NCBI GenBank assembly: GCA_963806535.1
Contig: CAWDYC010000005.1
Span: 64,001-128,000 of the forward strand
Source: Candidatus Bathyarchaeota archaeon
GTDB taxonomy: Archaea; Thermoproteota; Bathyarchaeia; Bathyarchaeales; Bathycorpusculaceae
Reading direction: 5' to 3'
Length of the DNA stretch: 64,000 nt
Shown here: in pieces, positions 9,260 to 19,305 of the stretch
Layout of the letters: each line of letters opens with the position of its first letter
Numbering within the stretch: the stretch's first letter is position 1
Translations under genes and position numbers: made by a program
Notes under the pieces: generated by a model
What the model was told of the DNA's origin: nothing
What the model saw: the letters and a program-made list of their open reading frames with translations, nothing else
Databases searched by the model: none

Positions 9260-10693
9260 TTAAACCTCAGCATACCGCGGCTTTTCATCAACACTTCGAG
9301 GTCGCCGTGGCCAAAAAAATGCACTGGCAAAAAGCACAATAAATGAAATAAAAATCAACATAAACAATGTATCATAAGCCTGCCCAACGGTGGTTTTCCA
9401 AAAGAAACACTGGAAATAATCATTTGCGTAAGCACCTGGACCGGGCCAACTCCATCCTCCTCCTTTTGCGCTAGACTGCCACCAAACTGGTCCACTTACA
9501 ATTAGGTCAAGTTGCCAAAGACTAAAGAAAAGCATCCCCATAGCCACCATTACCCCTGCAAGGTTAAGGACGGCGCTTGTCTTGACAAGATTGCCCCAAG
9601 ATCTCTTGAAACGTTCAGGAAATGTCTGGCGGACACATTCCTTCGCCCCAAATTTGGGCTTGCGAGTAAGTTTATTATTTAAGTAGCCCATAGCAGACAT
9701 TCTTGCAGTCTCAAACACTCCGTAAACAAAAACTGCCGTTCCTGACAGAAGCATCCCGAAGCCAGCATAATTCATTGTTGTATCTTTTGCGTAGGAACTA
9801 GCTATTAAGGATCCGTTAATTACCAGCATTGCACCAATGCCGATCGCCCATATGCTGCCCAATATGACGCTTGGTCTGTATCCACCTTCACATTCTTCAT
9901 CTATATCCAAACGGTTTTTTAGCGTAGAAACAACTGTTCCTGAAATTCCTATGCTTAAAACAGCAATACCGGAAAGTAGCATTCCAAACCCTGCATAATT
10001 CATCACCGATTGCTTAGTGTACGCACCGGCTAAAATAGAGCCAATTACGAAAAGAACTACTCCAATGCCCATCGATAAGATGCTAAAATAAAGAATCCTC
10101 GGTTTATCAACCTTGATGCCAGATCTTTTTTTATTCTGGTCCAATTCGATTTTCAGGATACCTAATGCCGTTCCAAATGCGCCAAGCACACAGATGCATA
10201 TTCCCGTCAACAGCATTGCGAATCCGGTGGTGTTTGTAACTGTGTTTTTGGCGTAAGTACCGGTTATTATTGAGCCGATTATGGCTAGAATTATGCCGAT
10301 GCCAATTGCCCATATGCTGGGTGACAGCATTTTGGGTTTGGTAACTTTGCTTTTTGTAGGGGCTTCTTCGATGAGACGGGTGACTAAAGTTGAATTTGCC
10401 GATGCACTTATGCCCAAAACGAAAATGGATATTCCCACCGTTAACATGGCAAAGCCCGCATAATTTGTGATTGTGGCTTTGTCGTAAGAACTCGATATTA
10501 CTGACCCAATAATTGCTACAACTAGACCAATAGCTATTATAGTTGTTTTGCTGCTGTGAGGTTCCCGATGTTTCTGACGGTTTACAGGGCGTTTATGTCT
10601 GTGATTCTGCTGTGGCTTTTGGCTTTCTTTCGGCTCAGGATTTTCTGACAAATTCATCCCCCTCACTAGCTTATTTTTGTTTCTGCAAACCAA
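9260..10693 (-). CDS. Multi-pass membrane protein with four internal TM-hairpin repeats
   Basis: Four copies of a 'Y.K....N.[AT]GF.ML..G' motif about 77 aa apart; Trp/Gly-rich C-terminal loop. Confidence 0.75.
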   Translation of the reverse strand: MVCRNKNKLVRGMNLSENPEPKESQKPQQNHRHKRPVNRQKHREPHSSKTTIIAIGLVVAIIGSVISSSYDKATITNYAGFAMLTVGISIFVLGISASANSTLVTRLIEEAPTKSKVTKPKMLSPSIWAIGIGIILAIIGSIITGTYAKNTVTNTTGFAMLLTGICICVLGAFGTALGILKIELDQNKKRSGIKVDKPRILYFSILSMGIGVVLFVIGSILAGAYTKQSVMNYAGFGMLLSGIAVLSIGISGTVVSTLKNRLDIDEECEGGYRPSVILGSIWAIGIGAMLVINGSLIASSYAKDTTMNYAGFGMLLSGTAVFVYGVFETARMSAMGYLNNKLTRKPKFGAKECVRQTFPERFKRSWGNLVKTSAVLNLAGVMVAMGMLFFSLWQLDLIVSGPVWWQSSAKGGGWSWPGPGAYANDYFQCFFWKTTVGQAYDTLFMLIFISFIVLFASAFFWPRRPRSVDEKPRYAEV

Positions 10694-10919
10694 GAGAATA
10701 TTATTATTGTGTTCTCTTGCCTATAACATTTGGCTCTGTATTTTATATTGAGTCTGAACGGTTAAAGAAGACAGTTGCCATCAAAGATCTCCTTAAATCT
10801 ACTAACGTTCAAAGCGTGTTTAATTTCCAAAACGAAAAAAACTATATTTCCTATGCGTCGCATGTCAGCAGTTAACACTTGAACAAGCTAATCGAACATG
10901 GTTAAGAATTTGTAATATT

Positions 10920-11853
10920 TTACTGTTTATCTTGAGGTTTTGCCACACCTGTAAAACTAGCATAGGTACCTTTGCGATCGAATGCGGCAACCAACTCTTT
11001 GAAGTTAACAATGATTAGAGCCAGCAAAGTGAAGAAAGGTATTAGTGCATAGTAGTAAAGCGGCGTGGTGACGGCTGAGGCAAAAACCATGCTTAGAAAG
11101 TTTGATGCCATGCCCGGATAAAGAAGCATTGCATTTGATAACGCTAACGAGCCGATTAGGCTTATCGTTGCAGCTTTGAGGTTTTTGCGATTATACATGA
11201 TGAAGAGTGGCAGCGCAAGCAATCCGAATCTTGGGTCAAAAAATCCAAAGGCTAAAGCAATTCCTGACAGGTAAGGTTTGCCTCGGTTTCCGAAGTAAAA
11301 GCTAAGTAAAAGAAGGAAGGTGAGGAAGACTTTGGCTTGTCCTTCACCCCACTGCCAATAGTAACTTAGAGATAAACCCTGATTTAGTGTGGGGAAAGGC
11401 AGCAGCAAAGCGATAACCATAACCACCAAAGCCACGGCAATGTGCTTGTTCTCAAGGAGCTTATACAGAATGTACGCCATTAAGGGAAGAAGCATAAACT
11501 GGATTATGTCGAAGGCAAGAAGCGCCTGCTGATAGTTTAGCGCCAGCAGCGGGGAAACGATTAGGAGGAAGGATGGCAGATACTTGTATTCTTCAGGATG
11601 AGGCAGGATGGTTGGTTCCCCATCGTTTAAGGCTCCAAAATTGTAAATGTGTGCTGGATTATTCCAAAGTCTCCAAGCGCCCATGTAGTAAGCTGAAAAA
11701 TCTTTTGCCAACGGGGTGCCTGAAGTGTTTATGCCTGGCGTCTATTGTGTAAGTTTCTGGGTAAGCAATTATGAAAGTGTATAAATTCAAAAGTATGATG
11801 ACTGCGACTGCTGTGATTAGAATAATTTTGGTTAAGTGTGATCGGTGAACCAT
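10920..11853 (-). CDS. GT87/DUF2029-like membrane (GT-C) glycosyltransferase, frameshifted near 11720-11740
   Basis: ORFs 11659-11904 and 10920-11711 join; 'DFSAYYMGAWRL', 'YKYLPSFLL', 'GQ' motifs; many TM helices. Confidence 0.65.
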
Positions 11854-12077
11854 CTTTGCCCCAACAGCCGTTGCAGTTTGGAATCTAATATTTTTGTGGA
11901 GCATTTATACTTGATTGTTATGCTTTGGATCTTGCAATTTTTTTGGATGAATTTCTTTTGCGTTCTGGCTGATTAATTTCCTGCAATGTATTACATATGT
12001 AATACAGATGAAAATGCTTTTATTCAATTTCCCCATTCAAGCCATCAAACGCCAAAAGAACAAGGATTGAGAATGAA

Positions 12078-12695
12078 ATGATTAGGCAACAAAGCAAAGC
12101 CAAACAAGTTGCAATAACCGCAATGGTTGCAGCAATATACGCTATACTATTTTTTGGGTCAGCACCAGGTATGTTACCAGGATTTACACTTCTTTATCTT
12201 CCAGTTATTCTACTAGGCGTTTTTCCCATTTGGTTTGGCTGGAGCGGACTTGCAGGATGCATGATTGGTGCTTTTATTGGCGGAGTGTACGTCGAGCAGG
12301 TAGCACCTTATGCCGCATGGGTAGAATCCGTCACTGCACTAATTATCTTCGGATTAAATTGGATTCTTATTCCTCGAAATGCCGTTGAAAACAAAACAAA
12401 AAGAAATCTTATTCTCCTTGTGGTTGCGTATGCCATTTCTCTTTTCATTGGAACCGCCTACATCCTATGGCAATATACCTATCTCTTTAGCATCGGGATT
12501 TTAGCGTTCAGTATTCTAGGCGGATTTTCCTTTGTAGTTGTTCTGCTGGCGACCTACAGTCTCAACTTGGTTATCCAACTTGCCGTATGCCCTGCTTTGC
12601 TGAGAGCGGTTACACCGAGGTTGAAAAGCTGGGGAGTTTACTCTGGCAACTTTACTGAATGGAGACGACTCAGAGCCAAATCCCAAGTAAAGTAA
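12078..12695 (+). CDS. Membrane protein, QueT/ECF S-component-like
   Basis: 'AITAMVAAIYAIL', 'PIWFGWSGLAGCMIGAFIG'; about 6 TM helices. Confidence 0.55.
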   Translation: MIRQQSKAKQVAITAMVAAIYAILFFGSAPGMLPGFTLLYLPVILLGVFPIWFGWSGLAGCMIGAFIGGVYVEQVAPYAAWVESVTALIIFGLNWILIPRNAVENKTKRNLILLVVAYAISLFIGTAYILWQYTYLFSIGILAFSILGGFSFVVVLLATYSLNLVIQLAVCPALLRAVTPRLKSWGVYSGNFTEWRRLRAKSQVK

Positions 12696-12833
12696 CCATA
12701 AACTCACTTTATTTTACTATTAAATCATCAGCTGATTTTTCTTCTAAACTGTATCTAAAATATTTTGGCGCCTAAACAATTAGCAAGGCTTTTAAGTTAT
12801 CTGCTCCCTTAAAAGCAGTCCTGAGTGCCGCAC

Positions 12834-13350
12834 ATGAAAATTAAGAATAATAAAACTAACCCCTGAAATGCTTATTGAATTATTGAAGGGCAAAACAACA
12901 AATTTTACATCAAATCTTCCAAACGACACAGAACTATTAGATATAAAATTTGATTTATTTTCAAAACAAGTCCTCGCAGTAGTTAGAAGCAACAGTTTCG
13001 AGGACATCGCCGAATCCTACCCAATCCCCGAATTCAACCTAACAAGCACCATGGAAACTAAAATTACGCCCAAACAAACAACAGCTGTTAAATCGGAACC
13101 CAAGCCTGAACCTAAAATTGCACCCGCAAGTACTGCTCAACCAAGCAAAACAGCAATCAAAATGGAAAATGAATTTAGTCCAGAACAACGCAAAGTGCTC
13201 AGCTTCACAGTAAAAGGAGACTATGTTATTGTAAAGCCTATTCAATTTTTGAAGGCTGAATGGGATGACATCAACGAGGTTGTCAGAAGCTTAGGCGGTA
13301 AATGGGTGAAAGGCGACATCATAAGCTACTGGGAAATCCCTCTTCAGTAA
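12834..13350 (+). CDS. Hypothetical protein; apparent frameshift in the first codons, in-frame ATG at 12868
   Basis: 160 aa ORF; C-terminal 'INEVVRSLGGKWV' domain after a P/K/T linker. Confidence 0.6.
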
Positions 13351-13407
13351 TCTGGGGAAAATTCTTTAAACAAGTTACACCCTAAACACAGTCACGGATG
13401 TATCAAG

Positions 13408-13826
13408 ATGGCACAAGCCCGTAAACCTCTAACAAGAGATTCCTTAGTTTCCATGCAAGTAATAGATTCAAATGGACAGTTGGTTGGAAAAGTTGCAGAC
13501 ATCGCTTTTGAAGTTGGAAAGACAGGTGTTTCCCTAGCAGTCGAGACTCAAAAATGGGGAAACCAAAATAGTTGAATGGTCAGAAGTTCAAGCGGCATTA
13601 GACTTCATAATATTAAAAGCTCAATTTTCTGACAATCAAAGCGATACTGAAATCCCCCAAACTCAGCAACAAACAACTCAACCACAAGAAATCACCCAGC
13701 AACAACCAAAACAAATACTGACCAAAGCAAAAAACTCCGCCGCTTTGTCCAACATGCAATAAACCGCTCAAATGGATTCCGCAATACAAACGATACTACT
13801 GCTACGACGATAAAAAATACTGTTAA
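13408..13826 (+). CDS. PRC-barrel protein with Q-rich linker and C-terminal Zn-ribbon-like motif; frameshifted, missed by the ORF track
   Basis: Manual translation: MAQARKPLTRDSLVSMQVIDSNGQLVGKVADIAFEVG...IVEWSEVQAA...CPTCNKPLKWIPQYKRYYCYDDKKYC*. Confidence 0.7.
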
Positions 13827-13859
13827 AAATCAAAAATCTAATTTTTTTTTATTCTGTTT

Positions 13860-14483
13860 CACTAATGCAAAGGCTTTTCCAGTCTTGTGATTGTTCCATT
13901 TTTTCCGAGTCGAAGTTGCTTCTCACCTTTAAAGCTGGCAACGTGTAGCATTTCTTACTTCTATGTGGTCACCTATTGAAACAGCGTTTACCTGTTGATC
14001 CCAGAGGCAAAGCATGACTTTTCCAGTTTCATCTCCAATGACAGCGTTGGACACAAGGGCATTATCTCTAAATTGAGTATGAACTTTGGAAGGCTCCGAA
14101 GTCTCCAACACTTCTGCAATCACATTTATCTTTTTCATTCCTTCCCGCAGATCCCCAATTTTCATGTGACTTGGTGTTGGAGTTTGTTTCGCTATTTCTT
14201 TGCGAACTCTGCTTGTATCCATTGAATTATCGAATGAAACATCTGTTTTTGAAAGCATTTCTTCAGAAACGCGGAATTGAGAAATAACATTGCTGCCTTT
14301 CTTAATTAGAAAGATAGCTTGGTCATTTACGCTACCTCGGTATTCAACGGTTAAATCTTCACATACCGATTTTCCATGTTCTTTTGCCTGAATTAAAGAC
14401 TGAAAGAGCTCTGTTGGGTAAACATTATGCTGGGCTGAGATGAACGCAAGCTGATCTTCCAGTGTAGGCTTTTTCGGTTTCAA
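13860..14483 (-). CDS. SSB/RPA-like OB-fold protein with N-terminal domain (paralog 2), frameshifted near 13940
   Basis: Aligns throughout with 2634-3290; after the shift reads ASFKGEKQLRLGKNG; 3' end approximate. Confidence 0.78.
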
Positions 14484-14754
14484 ACTATTTTTTTCTCCTT
14501 TAGCGAATTATCTTGAAAAAAGCAAATGATCAAACTTCAAAATTTACTTTTTCTTGATTAATTCTAACAATTAATAATTATCATAATAACTATTTAGGTT
14601 TAGCTGCAAAAAAGCGGGTTTTTCAGGGTGAAACTACAGAATCTCGATAAATTTGAATTTAGTCGGCTTTAAATTCCAAAAAGCAAAAAGACTAGACATT
14701 CACATTACACTAATAGGAACTTTTTGTTCTAACAGACTTTTTGGTGCAAACAAT

Positions 14755-15629
14755 ATGGAGGAACTAAAAAAACTAACAAAAGTCGAATTAAAAAACTTGG
14801 ACAAGATTTTCTACCCCAAAATCAAAGTTACCAAAGCTCAAATTATCGAGTATTACATTAAATTGGCTCCAAACATATTGCCAGTAATTGCTGACAGACC
14901 ATTAGTTTTAACGAGGTATCCTGATGGGGTTGAAGGCGAAAAAGTTAGTTTCTTTGAAAAAAACGCTCCTGAAGGCACCCCAGACTGGGTTAAAACAAAA
15001 AATATTTACTCACCAACATCTAAACGAGACGTACACTATATTGTCTGCAATGATTTAGATACTCTTATTTGGCTTGCAAACTTGGCAGCTTTAGAAATTC
15101 ACATGCCTTTTTCCAAAATTGACCATGTTAGATAAACCTGATTTACTGTTTTTTGATGTTGACCCCGAACCACCAGCTACTTTAAGTGATGCAGCAGAAG
15201 TGGCGCTTTTGCTTAAAGACAAACTTTTGGATTTAGGGTTAACTCCTTTTGTTAAGACTTCCGGCAAAAAAGGGCTTCATGTTGTAATTCCAATTAATCC
15301 AGACCATACATTTGAGAAAGCGCAGAGCGTTTGTTCATGAAGTTGGAATTGAATTAGCTAAAGAAAGTGAAATTGTTGTTTCCGAGTTTAAGGATACAAA
15401 GAAACCTGGAAAGGTTTTTGCTGATTACCTTCAGAATTCTCCCTTGCGAACAATGGTTGTTCCATACAGCTTACGACCTACACCTGACGCCACTGTTTCA
15501 GCACCTTTGGAATGGAGTGAAGTTAAGAAAGGAATAAACCCTTCCGACTTCAATATTTTTACTGTAGTTGAACGGAAAAGTGATCCGTGGAAAAATATTT
15601 TTGAAAAAAGATGTAAATTGGAGATTTAA
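14755..15629 (+). CDS. NHEJ primase-polymerase (LigD Pol domain, AEP family), split by two +1 frameshifts (~15130, ~15323)
   Basis: NLDKIFYP, TKAQIIEYY, RYPDG...FFEKN, LANLAALEIH, PDLLFFDVDP, VKTSGKKGLHV, DYLQN, PYSLRP, VSAPLEW. Confidence 0.9.
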
Positions 15630-15631
15630 TT

Positions 15632-16456
15632 ATGGCTCAGAAAAATGTTGAGAAAAAAGAAACTAAAAAAGTAAGTGCTCAAGCCCCAAGAAGATCAATT
15701 TGGTCAGGCAGCATTACTATAGGCTTAGTTAATGTTCCTGTTAAATTGTATTCAATGATTTATGATAAGGGAATAGCTTTTCATTTTCTTCATAAAGTTG
15801 ACGGTCAACCTTTAAAATACGTTAAAATGTGCACTAAAGACGACAAAATTGTTCCGTGGAACGAAGTTATTCGAGGCTACGAAGTTTCAAAAAACGAATA
15901 CATAACTTTAGATAATAAAGAGTTAGCTGCAGCCAAACCTGAATCAGACAACAGAATTAGAATCAGCAAATTTGTGGATTATTTCTCGGTTGACCCAGTA
16001 TACTTTGACAAAACCTACGCTTTAATGCCTGAGAAAAGCAAGGACGCCTACAGCTTACTCTTAACGGCTCTTGAGAAAAAAAATAAAGCCGGAGCTGGAC
16101 GCATAACCCTTCGAACAAAAGAATATCCTGCATTGCTACATGCTTACAAAGGGACATTGGTTTTAACAACGTTACGTTACGCCTACGATGTTGTGGATCC
16201 GCAGGATTTTGAAGAAGCCCAAAAGCTAAAAGAGCCAGAAAAAGCCGAGTTAGATATGGCTATAAAAATAGTCAGTGACCTCTCAGGAGAATTTGACATT
16301 AGCGAATTCGAAGACACCTACATGAAAAGAGTTGAAGAACTAATAGCGCAAAAAGTGAAAGGTGAAAAAATCCATATTGAGAAGCCGCCGGAAGTTGAAG
16401 CTAAAGGTCTCATGGTTGCGCTGCGTGAAACTCTCAAGCAGTTGGAACAGAAATGA
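15632..16456 (+). CDS. ku: Prokaryotic Ku end-binding protein
   Basis: RSIWSGSITIGLVNVPVKLY, IRGYEV, VDPVYFDKTY, FEDTY, LMVALRETL. Confidence 0.95.
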   Translation: MAQKNVEKKETKKVSAQAPRRSIWSGSITIGLVNVPVKLYSMIYDKGIAFHFLHKVDGQPLKYVKMCTKDDKIVPWNEVIRGYEVSKNEYITLDNKELAAAKPESDNRIRISKFVDYFSVDPVYFDKTYALMPEKSKDAYSLLLTALEKKNKAGAGRITLRTKEYPALLHAYKGTLVLTTLRYAYDVVDPQDFEEAQKLKEPEKAELDMAIKIVSDLSGEFDISEFEDTYMKRVEELIAQKVKGEKIHIEKPPEVEAKGLMVALRETLKQLEQK

Positions 16457-17433
16457 GCCGTCACATCTACAAACCTATGCTTGCAAAAGAAGCTCCAGAT
16501 GCTTTCACAGATAAAGACTGGATTTTCGAAATTAAATGGGATGGCTTTCGCGCCATCTCCTATATCGATGAAAGATTCAGCGTAAAAAGCCGCAACGAAA
16601 AGGAACTAAAATATAATTTTCCAGAACTTTCAGAGCTTACAAAGTTAGCTAGTAACATAGTTGTTGACGGCGAAATCGTTGTGATGAGCGAAGGCAAACC
16701 TGACTTTCAAGCTCTTCTTGAACGAGGTCAAGCAGTTTCGTCAGGTGAAATTCAAAGGCAAACCAATCGGGCACCAGTAACATACATTGTTTTTGATATT
16801 TTAGAAAAAGATGGCAAATCGCTTACTAACTTGCCGTTGATGGAGAGGAAACAAATTTTAAAGGATTCGTTGAAAGAGGGTTCACGTGTTTTTTTGTCTG
16901 ACTTCATTGAGGAGAAAGGAGAAGCTTACTTCAAGTTGGTTTTGGAGAAAGGCTTGGAAGGGGTGATGGCGAAAAACAAAGAAAGCCATTATGAGGAAGG
17001 TTTACGGACTGGGAGTTGGTTAAAAATAAAGAAACTTAAAACTTGTGACTGCGTAATTTTTGGGTACACACAAGGCACGCAATCTAGAGGAAAAACTTTT
17101 GGGGCATTAATTTTAGGACTCTACGATAAAGATGGCAAACCAGTTTATGTGGGAAAGGTTGGAACTGGTTTTACACAGGAAATGCTGGGGATTTTAATGG
17201 ATAAATTTGAAAAATTAAAAACGGATAATGCGCCTTTTAAGCCCGAAGCTGGCGATAAAGTTACTTGGCTTGAGCCCAAACTAGTTTGCGAAGTTGCTTT
17301 TCAAGTTGTGACAAAAGATTTGAGGTTAAGAATGCCACGTTTCAAAGGATTAAGAGACGATAAGTCGCCTGCTGAATGCACTATTGATCAGCTTGACGAA
17401 GTCAAAAAAAATGAGAGCATCATCCAAAGATAA
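16453..17433 (+). CDS. ATP-dependent DNA ligase (LigD/LigC ligase domain)
   Basis: KPMLA, EIKWDGFR (adenylation motif I), DGEIV, FDIL, EGVMAK, WLKIK, YVGKVGTGF, RMPRFKGLRDDK. Confidence 0.95.
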   Translation: MSRHIYKPMLAKEAPDAFTDKDWIFEIKWDGFRAISYIDERFSVKSRNEKELKYNFPELSELTKLASNIVVDGEIVVMSEGKPDFQALLERGQAVSSGEIQRQTNRAPVTYIVFDILEKDGKSLTNLPLMERKQILKDSLKEGSRVFLSDFIEEKGEAYFKLVLEKGLEGVMAKNKESHYEEGLRTGSWLKIKKLKTCDCVIFGYTQGTQSRGKTFGALILGLYDKDGKPVYVGKVGTGFTQEMLGILMDKFEKLKTDNAPFKPEAGDKVTWLEPKLVCEVAFQVVTKDLRLRMPRFKGLRDDKSPAECTIDQLDEVKKNESIIQR

Positions 17434-17884
17434 GCTATCTGAATATGCTTCTAAACGTAATTTTCAACAAACCCCTGAACCTGCAGGAGGCGAAAAAAAA
17501 GGCGAGAAACAAATTTTTGTCGTCCAAGAGCATCATGCCAGAGCTCTTCACTATGATTTAAGACTGGAAAAAGATGGGGTTTTGAAAAGCTGGGCTGTTC
17601 CAAAAGGAATACCTGAAACACCTAGTCAGCGGCATTTGGCAGTGGAAACAGAGGATCACCCATTTGAATATGCAAATTTTGAGGGTTCAATTCCCAAAGG
17701 ACAATATGGTGCTGGAACAGTCAAAATCTGGGATAAAGGACATTATGAAACTAAGTTTTGGGATGAAAACAAGATTGAGTTTACGCTTAATGGTCAAAGG
17801 CTTAAAGGACGCTATGTTTTGGTGTGGTTAAAGAAAGCTAAGGGCAATGAGAAAAGTTGGCTGCTGTTAAAGGGCAAAGATTAG
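17411..17884 (+). CDS. LigD 3'-phosphoesterase (stand-alone PE domain)
   Basis: EYASKRNFQQTPEP, FVVQEHHARALHYDLRLE, LKSWAVPKG, TEDHP, FEGSIPKGQYGAG. Confidence 0.95.
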   Translation: MRASSKDKLSEYASKRNFQQTPEPAGGEKKGEKQIFVVQEHHARALHYDLRLEKDGVLKSWAVPKGIPETPSQRHLAVETEDHPFEYANFEGSIPKGQYGAGTVKIWDKGHYETKFWDENKIEFTLNGQRLKGRYVLVWLKKAKGNEKSWLLLKGKD

Positions 17885-17885
17885 C

Positions 17886-18634
17886 ATGGTTAACCTTCAT
17901 TTGGGCACGATAGGCTGGAGCTACAATTTCTGGAAAGGACAAATTTTACCCAAATAAAGCTGCTTCTAAAGAATTTTTGGCTTATTACGCAACCAAATTT
18001 GACACGGTTGAGGTTGACAGCACATTTTACCGTATCCCAACCGCAGCAAGCCGTTACAAAATGGGAAAGCCAGACGCCTAGCAACTTTTTGTTCTCATTC
18101 AAGTTCCCAAGAGTTATCACCCATATTAAAATGCTAAAAGACTGTGAGCGGGAAACAAACCTTTTTCTTGAAAGAACAAACTTGCTTGGTGGAAAACTTG
18201 GCGCTTCGCTTTTGCAGTTTCCACCCAACTTCGGAGTTGACCGCTTTTCCGATTTAGCAGATTTCCTGCAGAAGCTTCCAAAGACCCGTCGTTATGTGGT
18301 TGAAGTCAGAGACGAGGAATGGCTTAACAGCGACTTCTATTCGCTTCTGCGCGCTAATGGCGTTGCATTTGGCTTGGGTTGACAGCCCCAGTATGCCACA
18401 AAGCGATGATGTAACTTCTGATTTTCTATATATTAGGTTAGAAGGCGACCGAAGCAAAGTCAACGGCACGTTAGGCACGATAGAAGCCGACAAAGACAGA
18501 AGGGCTGAAGATTGTGGGCAGAAAAAATAAAGCCCTGGCTTAGCAAGAACATGGAGGTTTATGGTTATTTCGGCAAATACTATTCAGGCTATCCTCCTTC
18601 AGACGTAAATTCCCTTTTAAAGCTCTTAACCTAA
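17886..18634 (+). CDS. DUF72 (YecE-like) protein with several single-base frameshifts
   Basis: Manual reassembly: MVNLHLGTIGWSYNFWKG/FYP...YYATKFDTVEVDSTFYRIP/...FSFKFPRVITH...LLQFPP...VVEVRD...YIRLEG...VYGYF. Confidence 0.85.
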
Positions 18635-18680
18635 CAATACTTTAGAATTAATCAAAATGAAAACTTGGAGATTAAAATTT

Positions 18681-19297
18681 ATGTTTTTTAAACAAATTCA
18701 GCAGCATGGCGACAACTTTTCGTATATTGATAGCAGACGAAGACACTAATGAAGCAGCAGTTGTTGATTCAAGCTTTAATTCAGGTGAAATAATTAAGAT
18801 TTTAAAAGCTAAAAAATTCAATTTAAAGTATATTGTTAATACGCATGGGCATTCTGATCATACAGCTGGAAATCTTGAGTTAAAATCTATTTTTGGAGCC
18901 AAAATAGTTGCGCATAAACTGTCAAAGGTCAACTTTGATGTTGCCGTGGAAGATGGAGACGTATTAACCGTTGGCAAAGTTTCACTAAAAGTTATTTACA
19001 CTCCAGGTCACTCACTCGACAGCATTTGCATTTTGATAGATAACAAGAAACTGTTAACAGGTGACACATTATTTGTTGGAGAATGTGGACGAACTGATTT
19101 ATCGGGCGGCAACTCCAAAAATTTGTATGATAGTCTGTTCAACAAGCTCTTAAAGCTGGATGATGCCATCGGAAGTTTATCCAGGGCATGATTACGGCTT
19201 GAAATCTTCGTCAACAATAGGTGAAGAAAAAAAATCAAATTATGTTTTGCAGCCAAGAAAAGTGGAAGATTTTATTGACTTCATGAACCAGCCTTAG
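18681..19297 (+). CDS. Metallo-beta-lactamase-fold hydrolase (glyoxalase II/ETHE1-like), frameshifted at both ends
   Basis: DNFSYI, THGHSDH, TPGHS, TGDTLFVGECGRTD, VYPGHDY. Confidence 0.85.
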
Positions 19298-19305
19298 GTG
19301 CTCGC

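Noticed and set aside
15119-15340. Programmed frameshifting in LigD-Pol, DUF72 or terL
   Set aside because: No slippery heptamers at the shift sites; many unrelated neighbouring genes show the same indels
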